A stretch of DNA of 39,347 bases from Candidatus Micrarchaeia archaeon (GTDB lineage Archaea; Micrarchaeota; Micrarchaeia; Micrarchaeales; CABMGC01): NCBI GenBank assembly GCA_049976845.1, contig JBMFHL010000003.1:1-39347 (forward strand), in the 5' to 3' direction. Shown piece after piece: positions 17,430-26,570 of the stretch (its first letter is position 1; each line of letters opens with the position of its first letter). Made by a program: the position numbers and the translations under genes. The notes beneath the pieces are model-generated. The model saw only the letters and a list, made by a program, of their open reading frames with translations. It made no database searches and was not told where the DNA came from.

Positions 17430-18233
17430 ATGCAGGTAGTGGAGCCGAAAGTGTATCTTATTGCAGAAACAAAAATAATAGAAAGCGAGCTCAAGAGCGC
17501 CCTCAGGGACATAGGCGGAGATATCGCGCTAAAGTGGTATAACAATACCTCTTCTACTAGAAAGTCTGACGGCGAATACATAACAGAGGTCGCAGGCAGG
17601 ATCTGCTACAAGAGCTTCGGATTGGGCTTGAACCCTAACGTGACTAGAATAAGGGAAGATTCGCAGGAATACATCTCAAATACACTGTCTAAGGGCGACG
17701 GCTCCATATTTGAGCATGCAACATGCACATTCGCTTTCATAGATGTGAGCAGGGTTTTTACCCATGAGCTTGTCAGGCACAGGGCAGGTGTAGCAATAAG
17801 CCAGGAATCGCTAAGGTATGTAAGGCCAAGCGAACAGGGAATTGGATTCTGGCTGCCAGAAGGCATTGAAAGTGAAAGAAAGACAAAAATAATAAGCATA
17901 GTGGAAAATATAGAAAAAGGCTACAAAGAAATCGTAGACGAAGCAGGTTTTGAAGGCAAGGACTTCAAAGAAAAGAAGGAGCTGACCTCGCTGCTTAGGC
18001 GCATTCTTCCGCAGGGCATGGCGACTAACATAATATGGACTGCGAACCACAGGACTATAAGGCATGTCATAACAATGAGGACAAGCGAGCAGGCAGAGAT
18101 TGAGATACGAATGGTCTTCGACAAGGTTGCGGAGATAATGAGAAGCAGATACCCCCTCATCTATGCAGATTTCGAGCCAACAGAATTAGAGGACGGGACA
18201 AAAGCCTGGAAGCCCAAATATGTAAAAGCGTGA
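17430..18233 (+). CDS. thyX: Flavin-dependent thymidylate synthase
   Basis: AGRICYKS, SIFEH, SRVFTHELVRHR-x7-S (RHRAGVAISQESLRY), AEIEIR. Confidence 0.95.
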   Translation: MQVVEPKVYLIAETKIIESELKSALRDIGGDIALKWYNNTSSTRKSDGEYITEVAGRICYKSFGLGLNPNVTRIREDSQEYISNTLSKGDGSIFEHATCTFAFIDVSRVFTHELVRHRAGVAISQESLRYVRPSEQGIGFWLPEGIESERKTKIISIVENIEKGYKEIVDEAGFEGKDFKEKKELTSLLRRILPQGMATNIIWTANHRTIRHVITMRTSEQAEIEIRMVFDKVAEIMRSRYPLIYADFEPTELEDGTKAWKPKYVKA

Positions 18234-18306
18234 TGCGACCGCCGGGATTTGAACCCGGGTCATTGGCTTGGAAGGCCAAAGTCCTACCAGGCTAGACTAC
18301 AGTCGC
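18234..18306 (-). tRNA. tRNA-Gly(TCC)
   Basis: Reverse strand: GCGACTG...TTGGC CT TCC AA GCCAA...CCGGG TTCAAAT CCCGG CGGTCGC A; 73 nt, no intron. Confidence 0.95.
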
Positions 18307-18370
18307 ATCTGAAATAATTTGAGAGCTATACTATTTATTACTTGCTGCTTTAGATTTAAGCAAGATTACC

Positions 18371-19903
18371 ATGCATTCAATTGGCAGTGCAAGAAAAGAC
18401 ATTAAAGGAATAGCAATAGTACTATCAATCATAGCGCTGGCGCTTATACTTTCTTACATTTTCTATTCAGGCCCATTTGTGTATTACGACGACAACTGTT
18501 ACATATACTTTGCCCATCAAATGATCCAAGGCACATTCGTTCCAAACGATATGCCATTCAGCGTAGAAACGCTCACAATAGCAAGCCTTGCATTATCATT
18601 CATCATATTTGGCTACGGGGCATTGCAAGCAGCATTGCCCTCCCTTTTCGAATACATTGCAACTATAATAGTAATCTTCCTCCTAGGCAGGAAGATGTTC
18701 AACGATTATTTTGCTGGCATTGCATCATTTCTATTTGCTACAGCACCGTTCGTGCTTGGGTATACCACACGTGCCCTTCCTGACATGTTTACTGCGCTTG
18801 CTGTTACGATAGCAGCATATTTTCTTTATGACGCAATAAAGCTCAATTCTAAGAGGGCCTTCTTTATTGCTGGATTTTTTGCAACTTTTACAATGCTAAT
18901 CAAAACTGCAGGCTTGATAGTAATAATATCTTTTGTTGCATCATTGTTCTACTTGTTTTTTAGTAAAAAATTCAGGATGAGTATAGGATATTCAGTTTTG
19001 GGAATGGCAATACCTCTACTAGCAATGTTCTTGTGCTTCTTTGCGTTGGTTCACAATCCATTTTACAATCTGTATATTTATTCTAGTTCATTTAAAAATA
19101 TGGCACCAACAACGTTTTATGAAAATCTGAAAATATTTAATATATCCATAAATCCATTGTTGCTCTTAAATGTAAAAAATGCGCAAGGCTCCCCTCATGC
19201 CTATCCTCTTGGTGCCATAGCCCTACTCGCAATTGTCGGCTCCATCTTAGGCATAATAAAAAAAGATAAGTTTATTATTTCATCATTTATTATTTCTGCA
19301 ATACCAATGCTTTACATATTTTTCGGCTCGAAATCTATTTTTCAGTACATCCCAATATCCATCGTCTCAAGATATTTTGAAATTGTGGCAGCACCAATGG
19401 CAATCCTTGCCACTTATGCATTATTCAAGCTCTACAAATCGGTTTCTAGAGCAAGCAAACCAGCCGCATGGCTTACAATTTTCCTAATACTTGGATTCGC
19501 TATGCTTACAAATGCCCTAATATATCATTCTTTCTACAACTACAACCTCGGTATAAGGAGCTATAATGTCGCTTACCAGTTTATACTAGGGCAAATGCCC
19601 CCCGGATCAAATAACGTCCTTTTTGCCAGCATGCTCCCTGGATCGGACACGCAGTATCTTGAATTTTTGTCCAGTTTCAAGAAAAATTTCTCTATCTTGC
19701 CAAGCAAATGCAATGCCTCATATAATAATGTACTTTTGATAAACAGCTTCACTAATTTCAACATTAACCAACAAAGTTCTTTGATTGCGAAATGGCTTGG
19801 CAACAATTGCACCACCAAAATAATTTCCTCCTATAACATGTCTACAGGTCAATCGCTATACACTAAAGTTGATCTTTACAAGATAATCTCATACAAAACC
19901 TGA
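18371..19903 (+). CDS. GT39/PMT-ArnT-like integral membrane glycosyltransferase
   Basis: TM1 followed by YYDDNCY acidic loop, RALPDMF, many TM helices, SRYF motif; AT-rich by eye. Confidence 0.75.
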   Translation: MHSIGSARKDIKGIAIVLSIIALALILSYIFYSGPFVYYDDNCYIYFAHQMIQGTFVPNDMPFSVETLTIASLALSFIIFGYGALQAALPSLFEYIATIIVIFLLGRKMFNDYFAGIASFLFATAPFVLGYTTRALPDMFTALAVTIAAYFLYDAIKLNSKRAFFIAGFFATFTMLIKTAGLIVIISFVASLFYLFFSKKFRMSIGYSVLGMAIPLLAMFLCFFALVHNPFYNLYIYSSSFKNMAPTTFYENLKIFNISINPLLLLNVKNAQGSPHAYPLGAIALLAIVGSILGIIKKDKFIISSFIISAIPMLYIFFGSKSIFQYIPISIVSRYFEIVAAPMAILATYALFKLYKSVSRASKPAAWLTIFLILGFAMLTNALIYHSFYNYNLGIRSYNVAYQFILGQMPPGSNNVLFASMLPGSDTQYLEFLSSFKKNFSILPSKCNASYNNVLLINSFTNFNINQQSSLIAKWLGNNCTTKIISSYNMSTGQSLYTKVDLYKIISYKT

Positions 19904-20034
19904 GAGTAAATATGTAAAAGCGAAGCGAAAATGCGAAGGAAATACACAAAGCAAAAGCATAGTGTTTGATTCTTGTCTAAGTGCATTGCGGCATATAAAA
20001 ACCTTATTCTCCAATTCTCTCCAAGGTGCTAAAA

Positions 20035-21927
20035 ATGTACGCAGAAGAATTTAACGAATTGGTTAGGGATAATTCAAAAAACCACAGGAGCAAAGGAATT
20101 GGAATCGTTGGAATTTCAAGGTATGTAAGCTTGTTCCTCCCAGCAAGTGAGAAAGCTAAGGTAATAGAAGGAGTTAATGACATAAAAAATGAAACTGACA
20201 AGATAATATTGGGGTTGGGGTTCACCGGCTACAGTATAGCCAATGTTGGTGAAACTGCAATTACCGCCGCCGCTATTGCCATTGTGAAGCTTGCAATACA
20301 ATATAATATAGATCTGTCAAGGATAAAGAACCTCTGGTATTCCACAGAAACGCCAAGCAGCCTTGCGGCAAACGATGCAGTAGCTGTAAGGGACGCCGTA
20401 AATAAAATAGGAAAGATATTAAGGGAGAAAGGTATTGCAGACATCGGCTTCTTAGAGCCTGAAGATCTGAGGCACAATCAAAGCGCTTGTGTATCAGGTG
20501 TAGAATCTGTATTTTCTACTTCTGCAGTAGGCAACATTAGTGGGGACACTATTGTTGCGACATCAGATGTTGCATACTACAAATGGGGCACAAAAGAAGA
20601 TGAGACTGGAGGATATGGCAGCACCGCAACATTGATAAGCAGCATAAACTACAATACGCCTGCACTTAGGATTACAGAATACAGGGGATCGTCTCAAGGC
20701 GATCATCCAGATTTCGATAAAAGGATACTTAAAAATTCTGACGAGAGGTCAGGCATAGCAAAGGTGGCAAAATACCCTATAGTCTTTGGGGAATACTCTA
20801 ACATAAAGTACGAGTTCAACGCCTTTGTTGCAATAGAAAAGGCTCTAAATTCAAAAGGCATAGATATAAATGACAAAAGCTTCTTCGACAAGATAGTGTT
20901 TGCCTCACATACTCCATACCCCATAATGCCTAAGAAGGCGCTTGCAAATTTCATGATACATTTTATGAGGACAGATACAGAATTCAGAGAGAGAATGTTT
21001 GCAGACATAGGAAAAGTGCTTGCAAGGGATCCTAAGCTAAACAGCAAGTATAATGGTAGGGTAGAAATACCTTATATAAACGGATTCGATACGCAGAGGG
21101 AAACATTCGAGTTCATATTGGATGTAGAGGGGCTTGTGCTGAAGCTCAAGGAAGAGGCCGAAGCAAAAAAGCTCTCAGGCAATAACGAAAGCAAATACGA
21201 GCTGGACAAAGCAGTGTCAAAGGCAAAATCGCTGCTAGATTACCTAAGCGATTACAGGGAGAAATTCAACATAGAGCAGGGCAGCGAGCTTGACAAATTG
21301 TTCGAAACGGCTGAGGCGAAGCTCAGGGAAATGACAGTTAAAGGAGGCACTTTACACGAATTAATTGGCGCATTCTCTGAAATAGACACTTACATAAACG
21401 CATATATGGAGCGCGATTCTGCCCTGAACAGCATAATAAGGAAAACAGACATATACAACGATATAGCAAAGAAAATGAATGTAGATGAAAGCATCAAGCT
21501 TTCAAAAAATACAGGTAACCTGTATACAGGATCCGCATTTCAAAGCCTCATGAGCTTAATCTCCTATTCTGATCCTGAAAAGCTTGAGGGCAGGTATATA
21601 CTCTTCATAGGCTTTGGAAGCCAGGAAGGCGCTTATGCGATATTACTCGAGCCCCAGAACATAAAAGAGCTGGCGGCTACTATGAAAGCGCAGGTAGAGT
21701 ATGAAGAAGGGCAGAGGAACAGCATAACAGCAGGCGAATACCGCAAGATAAGAATAGAGGGGGAATTTGAAAGGATAAAGCCTATAATAAGCGATACAGG
21801 AGAAATACTGCAAAACAATTTATTTAGCGTCGACAAAAACAAGGTTGCAGAGTACTTCAAAGGATTCAATTCAGTTGTGAAGGAAAGCGAAGTTTCTAGA
21901 GCAAGCAATCGCGCAAAGGTTTTTTAG
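20035..21927 (+). CDS. Divergent hydroxymethylglutaryl-CoA synthase-like protein (bacterial/eukaryote-type motifs, large insertion)
   Basis: STET (Glu), QSACVSG (Cys), SDVAYY...TGGYGS, HTPY (His), TGNLYTGS, GFGS; about 630 aa, much longer than typical MvaS. ATG 20035 after AGGTG. Confidence 0.75.
   Translation: MYAEEFNELVRDNSKNHRSKGIGIVGISRYVSLFLPASEKAKVIEGVNDIKNETDKIILGLGFTGYSIANVGETAITAAAIAIVKLAIQYNIDLSRIKNLWYSTETPSSLAANDAVAVRDAVNKIGKILREKGIADIGFLEPEDLRHNQSACVSGVESVFSTSAVGNISGDTIVATSDVAYYKWGTKEDETGGYGSTATLISSINYNTPALRITEYRGSSQGDHPDFDKRILKNSDERSGIAKVAKYPIVFGEYSNIKYEFNAFVAIEKALNSKGIDINDKSFFDKIVFASHTPYPIMPKKALANFMIHFMRTDTEFRERMFADIGKVLARDPKLNSKYNGRVEIPYINGFDTQRETFEFILDVEGLVLKLKEEAEAKKLSGNNESKYELDKAVSKAKSLLDYLSDYREKFNIEQGSELDKLFETAEAKLREMTVKGGTLHELIGAFSEIDTYINAYMERDSALNSIIRKTDIYNDIAKKMNVDESIKLSKNTGNLYTGSAFQSLMSLISYSDPEKLEGRYILFIGFGSQEGAYAILLEPQNIKELAATMKAQVEYEEGQRNSITAGEYRKIRIEGEFERIKPIISDTGEILQNNLFSVDKNKVAEYFKGFNSVVKESEVSRASNRAKVF
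21309..21333 (+). repeat. Exact 25-nt direct repeat, copy 1 (copy 2 at 22809-22833)
   Basis: GGCTGAGGCGAAGCTCAGGGAAATG occurs in both genes, encoding AEAKLREM in frame. Confidence 0.9.
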
Positions 21928-21965
21928 CAACATAACTTACCGCATGTTTGGAGAATGCCACAATG

Positions 21966-22038
21966 TGCGACCGCCGGGATTTGAACCCGGGCTATAGCCT
22001 TGGCAAGGCTACGTCCTACCAGGCTAGACTACGATCGC
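21966..22038 (-). tRNA. tRNA-Gly(GCC)
   Basis: Reverse strand: GCGATCG...TAGCC TT GCC AA GGCTA...CCGGG TTCAAAT CCCGG CGGTCGC A; 73 nt. Confidence 0.95.
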
Positions 22039-22218
22039 ATGCTCTAAATATTAACCTCAAATAATATAAAAACTTGCCTGTGTTGGCATTGCAAAAGGCA
22101 ATTCAACAAGCAATCAAATATACATTCAGAAAAGAATTTAATATCTTGCTACCTATTAAATCTCGAAATTGTTTTTATTCATTATTATTTGTTGCGTGTC
22201 ATTCGTTGCGGGGGTTTC

Positions 22219-23232
22219 ATGTTGGAACAAGTAACTCTGGATAAATATGAGAAGCTCGATAAGCCCATAGAAGCACTGGCAAATTTGGTAAGGGTAAAAT
22301 ACGTTCCAACATTCATAAGGCTCAAGAGCGAGGAAGAAAGGCTCTTTGGATATGCTGACAAGCTGCACCTTCTTGATAGTGAGAAAAAAACAATAGCAAT
22401 ACCGCTGCAATATTCTAAGGTATACATAGAGCAGTACCAATATCCTAACACGAGGCTCAGCAGTGTGGCTAAGGTATCTGCAAAAACGCAGAAAGCAGTA
22501 GAGTCTTTCAGGAGCACTGTTAGAAAGATAACAGACGAAGCATTGCGTGCCATCTCCGAGCTTGGCATAAGCAAGGACGAATCCACAAAGCTCTATTTTG
22601 GCATAATAACGAAGATGGCATCCATTGGAAATGAAAATGCCCTAAAGGCATTGTGCGAACTTGAGGAAAAAGGTCTTATCACATACAATGAATCAAAATC
22701 AATAGACACGAGAAGTTTGAATATCGAGAGCAAGGTTGAAGTGCTTAAAGGTGTGGCAAGGAAGCACGCAGAATTTGAAAATCTCGACATATACGCAGAA
22801 AATGCTGTGGCTGAGGCGAAGCTCAGGGAAATGGTGATAAAGGATTACCTGCCCATATATTACGAGCTCAAGAAATACGAGGAAGAGATATTTGAGATAG
22901 TGAAAAATTATAACCTAGCCGAATCGGGCAGCGTGAAGGTGCGCACAGATTACGGCAACGTGTACATAGGCATTTACAAAGAAATGGGGTACAGCAAATA
23001 CAATGCCGAGGAAATAAAAAGCGTATTAATAAATTATGGCTTCTCTGATAGCGATTTCACTGCTATAGATATATCATCGATAAACAGGAAGGCGTCTGCA
23101 GATAAGGTATATTCTCGTGCTATAGAAATACTTAAAAATATGGGATATGCAGAATACAGCAGGATGCGTCGCATAGAAATAAAAGCGCAAGACCACAAAA
23201 CAGGCGAAGAAAAGAAACTCCTGAGAAATTAG
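22219..23232 (+). CDS. Hypothetical soluble, charged, helical protein
   Basis: Long ORF with codon usage like its neighbours; ATG 22219 after GGGGG; no family recognised. Confidence 0.7.
   Translation: MLEQVTLDKYEKLDKPIEALANLVRVKYVPTFIRLKSEEERLFGYADKLHLLDSEKKTIAIPLQYSKVYIEQYQYPNTRLSSVAKVSAKTQKAVESFRSTVRKITDEALRAISELGISKDESTKLYFGIITKMASIGNENALKALCELEEKGLITYNESKSIDTRSLNIESKVEVLKGVARKHAEFENLDIYAENAVAEAKLREMVIKDYLPIYYELKKYEEEIFEIVKNYNLAESGSVKVRTDYGNVYIGIYKEMGYSKYNAEEIKSVLINYGFSDSDFTAIDISSINRKASADKVYSRAIEILKNMGYAEYSRMRRIEIKAQDHKTGEEKKLLRN
22809..22833 (+). repeat. Exact 25-nt direct repeat, copy 2
   Basis: Identical to 21309-21333, 1500 nt downstream. Confidence 0.9.
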
Positions 23233-23242
23233 GTGTCAAGCA

Positions 23243-25756
23243 ATGAAATCTGGGAAAAGCAGAAAAAGAAAATTGGAGAAACAGAACCCAAAGCAAGCCC
23301 GAGAAAAAGCCCCAGATTCGAAGCGGCGCACAATGATAGAGCTTGCGCTTCTTGGCATAATTGTGGCGTATGCATTAATATACAGCATAGCGTATGTCGG
23401 CGGGCCGTCTTTTTACGGGGACGATACAGCATACCTGGGCTTAGCTGGTTTTGTGATACAAGGCATCTTCCACGAAAGCCCATACATATTCAGCATAAGG
23501 CTGCTGCAGTTCATGCCCATAGCATTCTTCTACGAGGTTTTTGGGGTAAGCATGCTCTCAAGCTCCGCCTGGGACATAATTAGCTTCATAGGCTCCATAA
23601 TCCTTGCATTCTACATAGGCAAAATACTTTATGATGGTAAAGCAGGCCTCATAGCGGCCCTCTCGCTTGCATTCATACCCAACGTTGCAATGCTTGCCTC
23701 AACAATAAGTGACGACATAACATCAATGTTTTTTGTGGGGCTTGTGATAGCACTCGTATTGTATGGCAGCAAGAAGAATTCAAAGCTGTACTTCTTCCTT
23801 GCAGGCGCATTCCTTGTCGCAAGTGTTCTAGTTACACCCGAGGCATTTCTCATAAACCTTGCAGTAATTCTTTTCGTCATTGTTGAGATATTGAGGAAGC
23901 GCATAAAGGTCAACACGGCTTTTCTGTTCGCAATATTAGGCATAATCGTGGCAGGCATAATATTGATGGCTTACAACTACATCAACAGCGGCAACGCGCT
24001 CATAACGCTGAGTGTAAGCGGACACTTCTACAGCAAAGTAGGCAACAGCGACACAATACCTTCTACAAACATAGATCCAAGGTTTTACCTAAATACAATG
24101 TTTCCATATTCAATATTCAATGCAATAAAATCCGGCAACTTTAGTTTCAATTACATAGTCAATTCCTATTCGGGCTTCTTCTTCTATGCAATTTTCATGC
24201 TTCTATTCCTGCTTCCGATAATTGAGATAAAGAGCAGAAAGATGAAACTCATATATATAGTAGTGGTGCTTGCGGTAGCGATATACTACCTTAATTACCT
24301 GGTCCCTATACAAAACTCTTTTGCATGCACATCAAGCTCAATAAGCCCGAGCTGCCCTATGAGCCTCTTCTACCTTACATCTATACCTATAATAATACTT
24401 TTGGTAGAGCTTGCTGTGCTTAGGAAGAATCCAATATACACGCCGCTCTTCATCTTTATTTTTGGTCTCGTGCTCCTTACATATGGCCCAATGCATGTTT
24501 CACTGCAGCCATTCAACTATCTTATAGTCTATAGGCTCGAGAGGTTCCTCGCTGTAATGGGAATCCCAATAGTGCTTATAATAGGCATAGGCCTTGCTGA
24601 GCTAATAGACTTAACAAACAGCAAGAAGGCGAAGATACCAATAATTGCCGTTATTGCGATTGTAATGCTGTTCCTTATATACACCTCGCTCAGGATAAAC
24701 ATGTTCGCATACAACACGCTTGCATACGAAAGATACGATCAATTTGCAATAGCCAATTACCTCATGCAATACCCAAGCAATACTAAAATATACTTTGCAT
24801 CTGGATTTTCAAACGTGCCAATATACATGAAGTTTGAAAACCTGAGCAGGTTCATGGCATATGACAGTATAGAGAACTGCACAAGCATACCTAACGGCAC
24901 TTTCATAATAATACCAAAATACATGCAGATGTTTAATCTAGATTACACGCCGCATCCAAGGCAGTATTGCCCTTACTGGCAGCTTGTTCTCAATCCAAAA
25001 TATCCATACTATTACAACAGCTCTATTGCAGGGGAAGCAATGCCTTTTGGAGCAAAGCTCTACTATGTGCCTGGAGGCTCGCTTAAGCTGATAAATACCA
25101 CAACCTCTACCACAACAAACTCCACAAGCCCTACGACAACTGTTCCAACAACGACAACAACCACTATAGCGTATAATACGAAATTCAACTACTTCAATCT
25201 AACAGGAGTTGGCTATATCGCGCAGAATGGCGTTTTGGAGAACTTCACTGTAGTAAACGACGTGCAGAACGTATCAGTAATAATGAATAAAAGCTCGGCT
25301 TATCCAGGCGAATATGTCAATCTGAGCGTAGTCTTCTCCGGCAATTTCAAGTGGTATGCAAATCCTGCCACGAGCTACTACCTTAATCAGAGCATACACA
25401 TGCCATTAATAAACTTCCATTACTATGGCGTCGAGCTGTCAAACGAGAGCAACATGCTGCTTGTCCAGAACAACGGCCCGTGGTACGATTACGTCACTCA
25501 GGTGGGCGAGCCGCACCAGCTGCTTTACATAAACGGCACCAGATACCTGCTGGTGCGCTGGATAATAACGCCGACGCCTAGCATGTCAGGCAAATCGCTC
25601 AAGCTTTGTGGTGGCTATTTTGCCACATACGAGAACACGACGTTAAAAGGGGGTTTCGGAAACCTATACAACATATTGGCATACGATCAGACTAATGTGG
25701 TAAACTCCTCGGTTATAAACTTGCAATCAAAGTGCGCAATCTTGAACGTAACCTGA
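23243..25756 (+). CDS. GT39/PMT-like membrane glycosyltransferase with Thr-rich linker and extra extracellular C-terminal domain
   Basis: GPSFYGDDTAY loop after TM1, ISDD, multi-TM core, LERFL; TTTSTTTNSTSPTTTVPTTTTTT linker then about 190 aa Asn/Tyr-rich domain. Confidence 0.75.
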   Translation: MKSGKSRKRKLEKQNPKQAREKAPDSKRRTMIELALLGIIVAYALIYSIAYVGGPSFYGDDTAYLGLAGFVIQGIFHESPYIFSIRLLQFMPIAFFYEVFGVSMLSSSAWDIISFIGSIILAFYIGKILYDGKAGLIAALSLAFIPNVAMLASTISDDITSMFFVGLVIALVLYGSKKNSKLYFFLAGAFLVASVLVTPEAFLINLAVILFVIVEILRKRIKVNTAFLFAILGIIVAGIILMAYNYINSGNALITLSVSGHFYSKVGNSDTIPSTNIDPRFYLNTMFPYSIFNAIKSGNFSFNYIVNSYSGFFFYAIFMLLFLLPIIEIKSRKMKLIYIVVVLAVAIYYLNYLVPIQNSFACTSSSISPSCPMSLFYLTSIPIIILLVELAVLRKNPIYTPLFIFIFGLVLLTYGPMHVSLQPFNYLIVYRLERFLAVMGIPIVLIIGIGLAELIDLTNSKKAKIPIIAVIAIVMLFLIYTSLRINMFAYNTLAYERYDQFAIANYLMQYPSNTKIYFASGFSNVPIYMKFENLSRFMAYDSIENCTSIPNGTFIIIPKYMQMFNLDYTPHPRQYCPYWQLVLNPKYPYYYNSSIAGEAMPFGAKLYYVPGGSLKLINTTTSTTTNSTSPTTTVPTTTTTTIAYNTKFNYFNLTGVGYIAQNGVLENFTVVNDVQNVSVIMNKSSAYPGEYVNLSVVFSGNFKWYANPATSYYLNQSIHMPLINFHYYGVELSNESNMLLVQNNGPWYDYVTQVGEPHQLLYINGTRYLLVRWIITPTPSMSGKSLKLCGGYFATYENTTLKGGFGNLYNILAYDQTNVVNSSVINLQSKCAILNVT

Positions 25757-25787
25757 TTGCCTTAATGCAATTTAGCCTACACAAGTG

Positions 25788-26561
25788 CTATTTGCTAGTA
25801 ACAAGGCTTGCGTTGCAAGCCCTACCATATTCTAAGCATTGCGTAGTATTCGTTGTGCCACTCAACGGAATGTATAAAGAGACTCCATTCATTGGCTTAC
25901 CATTAATACCATCCCTGTAAAGCTGCAGTATGGTGCTGCCTTGCAGCGAGGTATTGTAAAATTCGACATTCCCAATATATCCTTTGAAATACGCAAATGT
26001 CGGCGTATTTCCATTTATATAGAATGTAGAGGTCCTCTTTCCTATTTCTATAATCCTCTGCCCGTAAACGCTGTAAGGGGTATTTGTCGTATTTTCAAGC
26101 GTGCCATTTACATATATGCTTATGCTCGTCTTGTTGTAGACGCATGCGATCATGTGCCATGAATCTATTCCTATGAAAGGCACAGTAGCGAAGCGCCAGC
26201 CTGCAGTGTAATTGCCAGGAACTTTTTCGTCGCTGAACACACCGCACATAGTCCTATTCATTATCTCCCCGCCTGTACCAACATACCATGTGGAGTGCGT
26301 GCCCTCGCTTATGCCTTGCGAAGCTATAACCCCTGTGCCATTGAAACTTGTGTATTTGACCCACGCTATGAATGTGAAATTGCCTTGCATGGAGGTATTA
26401 ACAAGCAGGTATGTGTGGCCGTTGAAATATGTTGCATTGAAGTTGGTTGAAGAAGTAGAATAGTAGTAAATTGCCGCAATCGCTGCGGCAATTGCAAATA
26501 GAACAAAGGCAATTATTAACTGCCATTTTACCGCTTTTCTTCCTTTTGCAAGATGCTTCAC
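25788..26561 (-). CDS. Membrane-anchored LamG/concanavalin-like jellyroll protein
   Basis: FTFIAWVK, WHMIACVYN, IYVNG, IEIG, YFKGYIGNVEFYNTSL...ILQLY; basic N-terminus plus one TM. Confidence 0.85.
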   Translation of the reverse strand: MKHLAKGRKAVKWQLIIAFVLFAIAAAIAAIYYYSTSSTNFNATYFNGHTYLLVNTSMQGNFTFIAWVKYTSFNGTGVIASQGISEGTHSTWYVGTGGEIMNRTMCGVFSDEKVPGNYTAGWRFATVPFIGIDSWHMIACVYNKTSISIYVNGTLENTTNTPYSVYGQRIIEIGKRTSTFYINGNTPTFAYFKGYIGNVEFYNTSLQGSTILQLYRDGINGKPMNGVSLYIPLSGTTNTTQCLEYGRACNASLVTSK

Positions 26562-26570
26562 AAAAGCCCC

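Noticed and set aside
18234-22038. Two tRNA-Gly genes with identical 26-nt 3' ends as attL/attR of an integrated element
   Set aside because: Both are complete tRNAs with different anticodons (TCC, GCC) and no integrase lies between them; the identity reflects isoacceptor conservation.
21309-22833. DGR template/variable repeat pair
   Set aside because: Only 25 nt, no adenine-specific mismatches, no reverse transcriptase in the window.
26460-26561. Class III (pilin) signal peptide on the LamG protein
   Set aside because: Basic leader is present, but the residues after KA (VKWQ) include a charge and do not fit the motif well.
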